From NCBI GenBank assembly GCA_964187785.1, contig OZ076409.1, forward strand, positions 28,956,001 through 29,020,000: a DNA stretch of 64,000 bases. The letters are read 5' to 3'. A program made the position numbers and the translations under genes. Below, in pieces: positions 48,050 through 57,439 of the stretch; the first letter of the stretch is position 1, and each line of letters begins with the position of its first letter. The notes beneath the pieces were generated by a model that made no database searches, was not told the DNA's origin, and was given only the letters and a program-made list of their open reading frames with translations. The DNA comes from Amphiscolops sp. MND2022. Lineage: Eukaryota.

Positions 48050-48514
48050 CAGTACTGTGATTAAGAAAACGTCCCCCGAGCGATTTTAGGCTCGATTTTC
48101 TCGAAATTGGTTGAGAATTTTGAAAAACATCAGATAAAAGTTTCTTAGAATTTCATCTAGTTTATATTAGTGTTTTTTAAATTTTTCTGGGACAAAAATT
48201 GAGAAAGTTACAAATGGCTGATTTTGAGCAAATTTGGTACTTTTTTCCGTTCTTATAATTTTTGACCGTTTTATCCACAGTTTTTTCGGCAAGTTTTATG
48301 CTCAAATAACTCCCTCAAATCTACTGAATAAATTGATGTATTTTGATTTCAAAATAGATCAACCGTTTCCGAATTATCAGGCTCAAAAGGTAAAATTTCC
48401 TAAATTTACGTGAAATTCACTTGATGCGCCAATCAGAATTGAAAGTGAGAGCAAATAAACAATTGTGATTGGCTGAAAACGTCATACGGGGACGATTTCT
48501 TAATCACAGTACTG
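48050..48514. mobile_element. Tc1/mariner-type MITE (TA TSD), 465 bp
   Basis: TA|cagtactgtgattaagaaaacgtcccc ... ggggacgatttcttaatcacagtactg|TA. Confidence 0.92.
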
Positions 48515-48685
48515 TACACTGGTTCAGTAATAAATGCATCATGAAAGATGCCGAAGACAGCTACTATTACTCTGGAAAAGAATCTGTGGCAAGCTTACCA
48601 TTCTTATTAAGTACACACGACTCGAGTCTTACGTAATTGAGTCCGTGGTGGGTACACTTTTTGGATGATCGTTTATGACAGCACT

Positions 48686-48927
48686 TGTTGTTGTTTGAAG
48701 AGTTGTTTTTATGAAATGATTGAATTAAATTTGATAATGACAAGACAGTTTTTATTCAGTGAGAAGAGTAGAACAAATTTGACTCTTGAAATAAAGTGGG
48801 AAAGTGTGAATAAACGTGGCAGAAAATCAACAGTTCAAACTTTTTCATACGTAATTTCATGTGTCGAATTCTGATTGGTTAATTCAAAAGTTAGCATCAC
48901 AAACGAATATTTTCAGAAGCATCAACA
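48686..48927 (-). repeat. 3' LTR
   Basis: Direct repeat of 53356-53597 with 3 substitutions counted by eye. Confidence 0.97.
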
Positions 48928-49322
48928 TATGTCGCCCGGGTTGAAGTCCTTCAATAAAAAGAGTTCCATTTTCATATACTTCATGGCACATTTTGTCGAT
49001 AACGACAGCTGATCAGCAATCATTTGTAGCTGCAAGAACGAAGTATATGCTATAAGTGCATCTTGTGATAAGTTGAAATGGTATATGAAGTAGTCAGTAG
49101 TCCAGTAGAGGGCATGCATTTCTGATCATAAGATAACAACGACTTGAATTAGGATAATGAATCGATAATTCCGATAAACTAGAGACTAATAGGGAGCGAA
49201 TAGGCTATTTCCCGCGGTCCGTATCCCAAACGGGTCATGAGGGGATACTTTTTGCGGCTGTGGGTTGACAGAAAAAACAAGATATAACGAAAATAACCAA
49301 AGTATTCTGTCACTTTCTTCCC

Positions 49323-52084
49323 TCAAGGACCACTGGGGATTCTGTCCACGATGGATTCAGCTAGCGGTAGCTTTCTGAGTTTAATTACAGGTCGATTGAA
49401 GGTTTTCTTTGACGTTTTGATCTCTGCTACCCTCGGAATTTCATCATTTCCTTTAAATAGTTTCGAGACTCTGGCAAGTTTCCACACAAGTGGGGCTTCG
49501 TTATCTTCAGCAACCAGTACAAGGTCGCCCACGTTTATACAAGGTCCAGTGCGAAACCATTTCTTCCGTATTTGAAGTTCCACAAGGTAGTCTCTGCTCC
49601 AAGACTTCCAGAAATCTTGTTGAATTCGTTGAAGGAGTTTTAGTCTCTGTCCTGCGGGTACATCTATGTCTTCTCTGGCTTTTGGCCTTGGAAGTTTCCT
49701 TCAGCTCACGTTTCTCTGGTAACACAGATGAGGATTGTACATCTAGTTGAGGCCAATAAGATTTTGGGTGTGGTAGCCATTCAGGGCCAGACCACCAAAG
49801 GCGAGAGTTAACGGTATCGTCAACTGAGATTCCCCTTGAGGCCAGATCCGCTGGGTTGTCATTTGTTGGAACATGATTCCAGCTATCTCTTTTGATAATT
49901 TTTTGTATGTAGGAAACTCTGTTCGCTACAAATGTGGTCCAAGTTCGCGGGAGTTGCGATAACCACTGGAGAAAGATGGTGGAGTCTGTCCATGCGTGGA
50001 AAGATTGTTTAAGACCAGTTGAAGAGTTGACATGGTAGCTTCAAGCAGTTTTGCGGCTAAGTGTGCACCACAAAGCTCAAGACGAGGCATTGAGACAACC
50101 TTCACTGGGGCAACCTTCGTTTTAGAAGTGATCAAATGCGAGCTCACATTTCCAAAGACATCAGTGGTACGCGCATAGATGACGGCAGCATATGCCTTCT
50201 CTGAGGCATCGCAGAAAACATGGAGTTGAAAGTCTTGAATTGCATTTTTTACAATTGCACGCGGCATTGTGATTTGAGACAACGTTTCCAGCTCAGAATA
50301 GTGCTGTAAAAACTGCTGCTTGATCGGTTCGGGAACGAGCTCGTCCCACTCGACTCCAGTCAACCAAATTTGTTGAAGTAGGATTTTGAACACGATGATG
50401 ATGGGAGACAGCCAACCCATTGGATCGTACAAGTTTGCTGTAGCTGACAATAGATTGCGTTTGGTGAGTACTGTCACAGCAGGTAGGTCCGTTTTGAAGC
50501 ATATGATGTCCAGGTTTGGTTTCCAAATGATTCCTAGAGCCTTCATTTTGTAGTCGTCATTTCACATTCGTTAGCTGTTTCTCGCAGCTCATCGGGTAGT
50601 TCCTTGATCAATGTAGAGCAGCTTGATACCCATTTACGCAGTGGGAATCCATATTTGAGGAGTTCGGAATGAAGGTCTGCAATCAATTTCCGTGCATCTT
50701 CAACAGAATTGGCTCCGCCAAAAAAATCATCCACATAGAAGGAGTGCTCCAAATGATGTTGGACATTTGGGTTGCAAGTTCGCTTGGAAACTTCTTTCAG
50801 ACATCTTGTGGAATGAAAGGATGATGATGCAATGCCGTATGTCACTCTTGTCATGCGAAAAATACGCACAGGTATGTCCTTTCTTTCACGCCAAATGATC
50901 CGATGAAAATCCTTGTCTGGTACATCTAAAGCAACCTGTCTGTACATTTTCTCTATATCAGCTGACAAAGCAACAGGTACCACTCGAAAGCGCATAATGA
51001 TGGAGTAAAGATCGTCCTGTACTGTTGGACCAACCATGAGAATGTCATTTAAAGACTTTCCAGTGGAAGTCTTTGCAGATCCATCGAAGACAACACGAAG
51101 TTTTGTAGTTTCTGAATCGTCTTTAAATACGCAATGGTGGGGTAGGTAGAAGCTTTTGCTGTCCTCGCTGCGTGTCTCGTTCGCTGGAACTTCCTCCATA
51201 TGCCCAGTTTCCACAAATTGATCGATGAATGACTTGTAGCGCGATTTGAGCTCCGGATCTGAGTCTAGACGTTTTTCAAGTGAGTTGAACCTTCTGTTTG
51301 CTTGATCTAAACTTTCTCCCAACTGACAATCTTGCTTGAAGGGTAATTTTACAGTGAAACGGTTGTCTTGATATTTTGTCGTGTTAACAAAATGTTGCTC
51401 ACAGGCTTCTTCTTCCTTGGAGAACTGACGACCCTTTGGAATTTCCTCCAACTCCCAAAATTGCTTTAAATCAAAGTCGACTGATGATTGGAAGGAACTA
51501 ACGCTTGTCACTGATTTGCCAGGTTTTGATCCACAGATTGTCCACCCGAATGCTGTTTTGCGTGCGTAGATACCATCACACACTTTGGTTCTTTCGTTTC
51601 CAATGACTTGTTCATAAAGATCAATTCCGATGATGATATCAATATTAGAAGGTTTTGCAAAGTTTGGATCAGAAAGCTTGATATTTGGAAACTTGATTTG
51701 CTCTGGTACTTTCAGCGGACTGGATGGAATAGCAGCTGTCAGTCGTGGTAAAATGAATGCTGAAACATCGTAGGAGATGGAATTTTCATCAACAATTGTC
51801 AGATCAGTCTTTCCACGGGTAGTTGATTTTGATGAACATCCAATGCCATTGATAATTATCTCGGATTTCAGTCGTTTCAGCTGCAAACGTTGTACACATT
51901 CCTCGCTAATAAATGTCAATTCCGATCCACTATCCAGAAGTGCTCGACACTTGTGAGCGATACCAGTTTTCGACATGACTGACACTTCCACTGTAGGTAG
52001 GATGTGTTTCGCAGAAAATATCCCCTCGTGACCCAAATGCGAATTGGCCACGGGGACCTGTTCAGTTTGCTCACCAGGGGTATG
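49323..52084 (-). pseudogene. BEL/Pao pol: protease, RT, RNase H and integrase C-terminal tail; integrase core absent
   Basis: ALLDSGSELTFI; KLRVVFDGS, ADIEKMYRQV, FYVDD; LHVFCDASEKAYAAVIY, PRLELCGA; WWSGPEWL; then FWKSWSRDYL..LQ.RKKW...VGDLVLV. Frameshifts near 50545, 49990 and 49690. Confidence 0.93.
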
Positions 52085-53280
52085 GAGCAGGGTATGGTGC
52101 AGTTTTTGACACTCTGACACCTTGACTTGGATTTGCAGGCCTTAGAATTGTGACCTGGTCGTAAACAATTGAAACACAACTTCTTGATTTTGATAAATTT
52201 CTGTTTGTCTTCATAACTCATAATCTTGAATTTATCGCACTGGTGTAGTTTGTGTCCCTCGGAGCAGTTGATGCAAGACACGCTAGCAGTAGAGCCTTGG
52301 TAACCTTGAACTTTGTTTGATTCTTGATTTTTCTTGACTAACTTGCTTGATGAGGCTGAGGCTTCAAGTGCTCGGGCTCTATCTTCAAGAAACCGCTTTA
52401 GGCTGTCCATGCTCTGAGCATCATCGCCCTTGCTGTGAAGTTCCCATTGTCTGCGGCTCTGGGTGTCCAACTTTTTTGCTATGATGTGAACCCAGATGAA
52501 ATCTGATGGTCCGACATCTAATCCCAATCCTTGTAGGGCCATCGTGTTTTCCATGAAATTGCTAATCAATTTCCTCAGCTGATCAGGCGATTCTTCTTTG
52601 ATCGGACGAAAATCAAAGATGGCTTCTAGATGAGTGTGAATTATCATTCGTTTGTTCGCATACCTGTCTTGGAGAAGTTTTTTGGCAACTTCGTAATTCG
52701 CACTGGAAGTAGGTAAATGCGATAGAAGACGAGCTGGCTCATCTTTCAGCGAAGACTCAAGATAGTGGAGTTTCTGAATGTTGCTAAGCGTACGATTGCT
52801 GTCCACAGTGCTGTTGAATGTGTCTGAGAATGGTGTCCACTCAGAGTATTTCCCAGTAAATGTAGGAAGACTGAGTTTCGGCAGCTTTAATCCAGAAGTG
52901 GATGTTTGTTGATTATCTTCAGTCACAGTTTGTGGTTGTCTCGGGGCGGCGTCAGCAGCCTGTTCGATCCGTTCTTCGGCCATTTCAAGCGCTTTGATCG
53001 TTGTTTTGATCCTGAGATCATTGTCATCAATTCTAGACCTTTCAGTTTCGATCTCTTCTGAGATTTTGTCACTTTCAGTCAATTCGTTGGTGATGCGTTC
53101 GTTTAATTCTTCAATCTTGGACACTTGTTCCCTGCACCTTTCAAGAGAACACTTGATCTTTGAGATTTCCAGCAGCGTTAGTGTGCTAGGTTCCTTCTCA
53201 AGGATTTCCTTCACTGAGTTTTCTGTCCTGGTAATTGTTCCGAGATGGCCAGATCTCGTTCTTTTCAAAGCTTCAGCCAT
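52085..53280 (-). pseudogene. BEL/Pao gag (DUF1759-like region and three Cys/His knuckles)
   Basis: LKLPKLSLPTFTG..SEW..F.DTF, CINCSEGHKLHQC, CFNCLRPGHNSKAC and C..CQKLHHTLLH. A 1 nt frameshift lies near 52113. Confidence 0.93.
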
Positions 53281-53344
53281 TTCAAATTTAATAATCCTTC
53301 TGTTCAATGTTGAATTTCCAAGTTTCGAAATTCCTGGGTAAGCG

Positions 53345-53352
53345 CGGCACCA
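53345..53352 (-). promoter_or_regulatory. Primer-binding site
   Basis: TGGTGCCG 3 nt inside the 5' LTR, complementary to the ...CGGCACCA 3' end typical of eukaryotic tRNA-His or tRNA-Phe. Confidence 0.8.
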
Positions 53353-53355
53353 AAA

Positions 53356-53597
53356 TGTTGTTGTTTGAAGAGTTGTTTTTATGAAATGATTGAATTAAAT
53401 TTGATAATGACAAGACAGTTTTTATTCAGTGAGAAGAGTAGAACGAACTTGACTCTTGAAATAAAGTGGGAAAGTGTGAATAAACGTGGCAGAAAATCAA
53501 CAGTTCAAACTTATTCATACGTAATTTCATGTGTCGAATTCTGATTGGTTAATTCAAAAGTTAGCATCACAAACGAATATTTTCAGAAGCATCAACA
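53356..53597 (-). repeat. 5' LTR
   Basis: Followed on the minus strand by tttTGGTGCCG (primer-binding site). Confidence 0.97.
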
Positions 53598-53778
53598 GCA
53601 CTGTTTCTTGTCCGCTTTGTTGTTGAGACAATGTTGAGTGATTATCTTTGAACATGGACCACCAGCCTGAAGTTTTCGTAGCCCAATTTAGCGTTTCAAT
53701 GTTCTTCGACAAGTTTTTGGACGCAGACCGCAAAAAAAATCTTTTGCAACAAAATCTTTCAACAAATTTGATGTTTAG

Positions 53779-53842
53779 GTGTACGACATGAAAAAAGCAA
53801 AAATGATGACGATACGAATTGCTCGAGTGACAATGTTCAAGG
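53779..53842 (+). CDS. Candidate ferroportin central-loop exon
   Basis: tttag|GT...GG|gtaagt with a strong donor. With the 48014 donor it reads SVRHEKSKNDDDTNCSSDNVQ (hydrophilic) and exits in phase 2. Confidence 0.5.
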
Positions 53843-54151
53843 GTAAGTTGATGAAGTGACTGGTTTTATCTTTAATAACAAAGACCTGAAATAAAGCGCT
53901 TGATGAATTTTTTCAATATCTTGAAAATGTGTGTTGATAAACTGTGATGCAGTGTTCAGTTGGTGCTCTTCTGAAAAATAGCTCACTATTGCTGTGACTA
54001 GTTTTTTCCGGCATTGAGATTTTTTCCGAAAAACACTTCCCGTTCCAAAATTACCACTTTTCAATATTTTGTATTTTTGGAACCATATATTTTTGGTCCG
54101 CATTTTTGATTACTTCGACACTGTGTGTTTATGAAATTTTTCAAACAGGTC

Positions 54152-54305
54152 AGTAGTAATATGAGAGCCGATCAAACAGCGGGTAGAGGAACCCATGTAT
54201 TAAGATAGGTCTTAGATCCAAGCGGGGTAGGGTCCTCCGAGTAGTGGGTTGATATAGAGGTGTGCTCTCATATCCCCCTGTCTGATCGGCTCTCATATTA
54301 CTACT
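54152..54305. mobile_element. 154 bp MITE with AGTAGT termini and 6 bp TSD (Maverick/Polinton-type ends)
   Basis: 28 bp TIR agtagtaatatgagagccgatca(a/g)acag (27/28 identical). TSD caggtc at 54146-54151 and 54306-54311. Confidence 0.85.
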
Positions 54306-54549
54306 CAGGTCCCGAATCAATTTGAAGGACTTTGGACCACTTCCTGAGCCTCCTCCAGCGGGCGCCGACTTGTTTTTGATTTGGAAATTTCTGCGACAAG
54401 GATGTAATTTGTCACGTCATATTTCTCGAAAGGGCGTATTCAATTTGATTTTTCAAAAAACAGAGCTTAAACTGAATCCAAAATTGATTCAAATTTGTCT
54501 AATATTGCATTTCATTTTCCAATAATGTATATACGTCTATAAAAATTAG

Positions 54550-54759
54550 CAAAGGAGCAGCGTACCCTAGCTCGGGATTGGCGATGATAAACAGTAAAAA
54601 ATCGCCCCTGAGTGGCGATTCTAGTCCCCCCGTGCGCCAGGGCCTGAGCTACGCGGGTGACCAGGGTAACGATGATTTGTATGACAACCCCATAGCAGCG
54701 GGGGAGAGTGGGCTGTTGGAGAGAACGACTCGCTTCGATCTATCCAACCTCACTGCCAG
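54550..54759 (+). CDS. Candidate ferroportin central-loop exon
   Basis: GC-rich open frame KGAAYPSSGLAMINSKKSPLSGDSSPPVRQG...RFDLSNLTA with donor cag|gtgaac. Acceptors at 54549 or 54570 are both phase 2, matching exon 53779-53842, but have weak pyrimidine tracts. Confidence 0.45.
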
Positions 54760-55062
54760 GTGAACTCATTCTCTCTGCTCTATGCTCCTCTGTCCGAGCA
54801 TCCTAGCTTCTCTCACTGCACTTGCATTTGTTGTGTCTGCTTAATTGTTTTGCCTGAGCTCCATTATTTTATGTTTGTAAAGCGCTCTACTAAAAGACGC
54901 ATGTGTGAAATGTTTTCACATGAAAGTGAATTGTTGCAAGCATCAAGGTAATGAATGCAACTGATGAGTTGTTGTACACTAAATGTTTTCTATGCGTCAT
55001 CCTGGAATATGCCTGGTATGTTCAAGTTGCTTATGTTGGGTGCACTTGTGTTAAGGGGTGTG

Positions 55063-55831
55063 TTTAGTCGCCGTTTTCGAAGAAAAAGCGCGACTCTTAC
55101 AGTGGCAAGTTTCTTCTTCAGTTCCACGCGATCGGTCCATTTTTTGTGCACTGTGTGGGTGCTTTTTTCCGCACGACAACACTCTCGTTTCAGCCAGAAA
55201 GTCGCAGTTCAGGCGTTCGTGGTCTAATGGTAAGATGCTTGCTTTTCAACCCAGAGGTTTCGTGCTCGAACCGGTGCGTATGCGCTAATTTTTCCGAAGT
55301 CCCCTTTCCCATTTTTGCAGCATTATGAGACGATCCCTCCCCCTTTTCGGCTGTGTGAAACTTTTTTTGAAAAATTTTCAATGTCTCCCCTTTCATATTT
55401 TTCCGTTTTATGGGACTGTCAAAAATTCTCAATACATATCCACCAATAATTTTTTCCAATACTATCCGAATTTTTTTAAGACCGGGGATTTTCCGGTACT
55501 ATGCGACCTTTTTCAAATTTGTTTTTATCGAAGCTCTTCGACTTTTACCAGAAACGAAACGTTTAGCGAGCATAGAAGACTTCTTAGGGTTTTCGGCACT
55601 ATGCGACTTAACCGGAGACACTTTTTGAAAAGTCTCATTTTTTCTCATTTTTTTTGTTTTTGAGAGGTTTTCAGTTGAGCACGATGGGTTTTTTGCTGTT
55701 TCCAGTTGGGGAAAAGTGAATATTCTAGTCTCGTGCAGTTTTGGCACTGAAACTGATGAAATTTCAAGAGTATTTACACTTTACTTTTTTGAACCTTGAG
55801 CGGGGCGTCGACTTGGGCAGTTTTCGGCTTG
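55063..55831 (+). mobile_element. HINE-like copy with tRNA-like module at ~55213-55285
   Basis: tttagtcgccg...gcgcgact start; gcgttcgtggtctaatggtaag...gtgctcgaacc module; 3' gcgtcgacttgggcagttttcggctt. Confidence 0.75.
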
Positions 55832-57070
55832 ATATTTATGAGCGTTCTGTGGGCTTCTTGGCTCTAAGAAATCATTTACAGTCTGTTTTACATATACGCA
55901 CCCTGTACTACATACCAGGAAATCGTGCAAAGGGAAGTGAAATTTTATAATCCGGAGTTTTCGGATCGTGCGCATCCATGAATTTTAAATGTTCTACATC
56001 TTATTTAATGTTTTGTCTACTATATTAGAAGCATCTCCGCACCAAAATTTAGGGATTTTTAAAAGGAATTGAATTACAAAATGTAATATCTTTTTTTTAA
56101 AAAAAAAAAACAGGACATTGGGGAGATAATTTCGAATTTTAAAGTTTATTGCATGCTTTTATTGCATTGCTTACAACTTGAAGTTCTGATATCAGGGTTT
56201 GGTACTAGCTTGCTCAGTGTCTTGTCCGATTCATTTTAGACATCCAATTGCTGCCTAACTGCAATGGTCTTTCATCTGAGTAGAATACTTCAGTAGAAAA
56301 TTCCAGCTCACCTTCTTGTGAAGTGGGCTTGTGTTAGCGTGTTTATGTTGGGTTAGTGTCTGTTGGCTCAATGTCTCACTGATGATGATGTAATCAAATC
56401 AAATGTACTACTATTGATGGCTTCGGGAATGCTTGAAAATCATGGAAATTGTAACTGGTATCATCGCAATTGGGTTAAGCTGCAATTCCTATGCAACCGC
56501 TTGCTTTCGATCACAACGTATAAAATAACACACAAAATGTTCAAGGGACTTTTTAGCCCCGTTTGCGTAGAAAACGGAATTTGTTTTCGTAAAACTAGGG
56601 AACTAGCACGAGATGCAGAAAGCTGTGAGCAAAAATCCGATGTGATATGTGCATATGGGAAAAGAAATTTACTGACTGAGCTGCTTTTTTCTCAAAATTT
56701 GCCATGTTTCAATGTCGTAGCCATATTGAAGGGGTTCGCACTTAGAATTCAACTGACATAAACTTGTTTCGTGTGATATGAATTTGTCGAGTTTTTGGAC
56801 TCTTTTGGTTGACCACAACAAAACCAAAAAAGTCCAAAAAATTCGAAAATTTTTCCGCTTTTAAGCGTTTTATGTATTTTTGTACAGTTTTAAATTGTTT
56901 TTGTGGGTTAGAAAATCCACAAAGTTTCAAGTCGAAAGAACCGGCAATACAAAATAGTTTTTTGAAAATCCGAAAATTTGAGTGAAAAGTGTTTCAGAAT
57001 GACCAATTTAAACCAAAAGAACCAGGTATCAAGGACACTTTTTCGAAGAGAAATCCAAACTGTTATGTTG

Positions 57071-57430
57071 AAGTGCCTCAAATTAACCACAAAAACATGG
57101 AATTTTTTCAAGTTTTCTAATTTTTAGGTGTTGGAAAAATTTTCGACTACTACAATCTTACTTTTTTCTCCCGACGTTTCAATGAAAATTTTAACTTTCT
57201 CAAAAACTGTCCATACGATTTTTATACAAGACGCCCGCTGAGCAGCGAGATATTTTCGGCCCCCGGGCGTCTAGTATAAAAATCATATGGACTGTTTTTG
57301 AGAAAGTTAAAACTTTCATTGAAACGTCGGGAGAAAAGTACGATTGTAGAAGTAGTCGAAAATTTTTCCAACACCTAAAAATTAGAAAACTTGAAAAAAT
57401 TCCATGTTTTGTGGTTAATTTGAGGCACTT
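57071..57430. repeat. Foldback inverted repeat (~165 bp arms, ~26 bp spacer)
   Basis: 57071-57237 (aagtgcctcaaattaaccac...agacgcccg) is the reverse complement of 57264-57430 with few differences. Confidence 0.95.
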
Positions 57431-57439
57431 TTCTTCAGA

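Larger units (their letters stand above)
48686..53597 (-). mobile_element. BEL/Pao LTR retrotransposon, internally deleted (4912 bp)
   Basis: Two 242 bp TG...CA LTRs. 5 bp TSD gcact at 48681-48685 and 53598-53602. Domain order gag-PR-RT-RH-(IN C-terminal) with Pao-type motifs. Confidence 0.98.

Noticed and set aside
52100..52125. Programmed gag-pol frameshift
   Set aside because: The shift falls inside the third zinc knuckle with no slippery heptamer, and BEL/Pao elements usually have one ORF. More likely a 1 nt deletion or a sequencing error.
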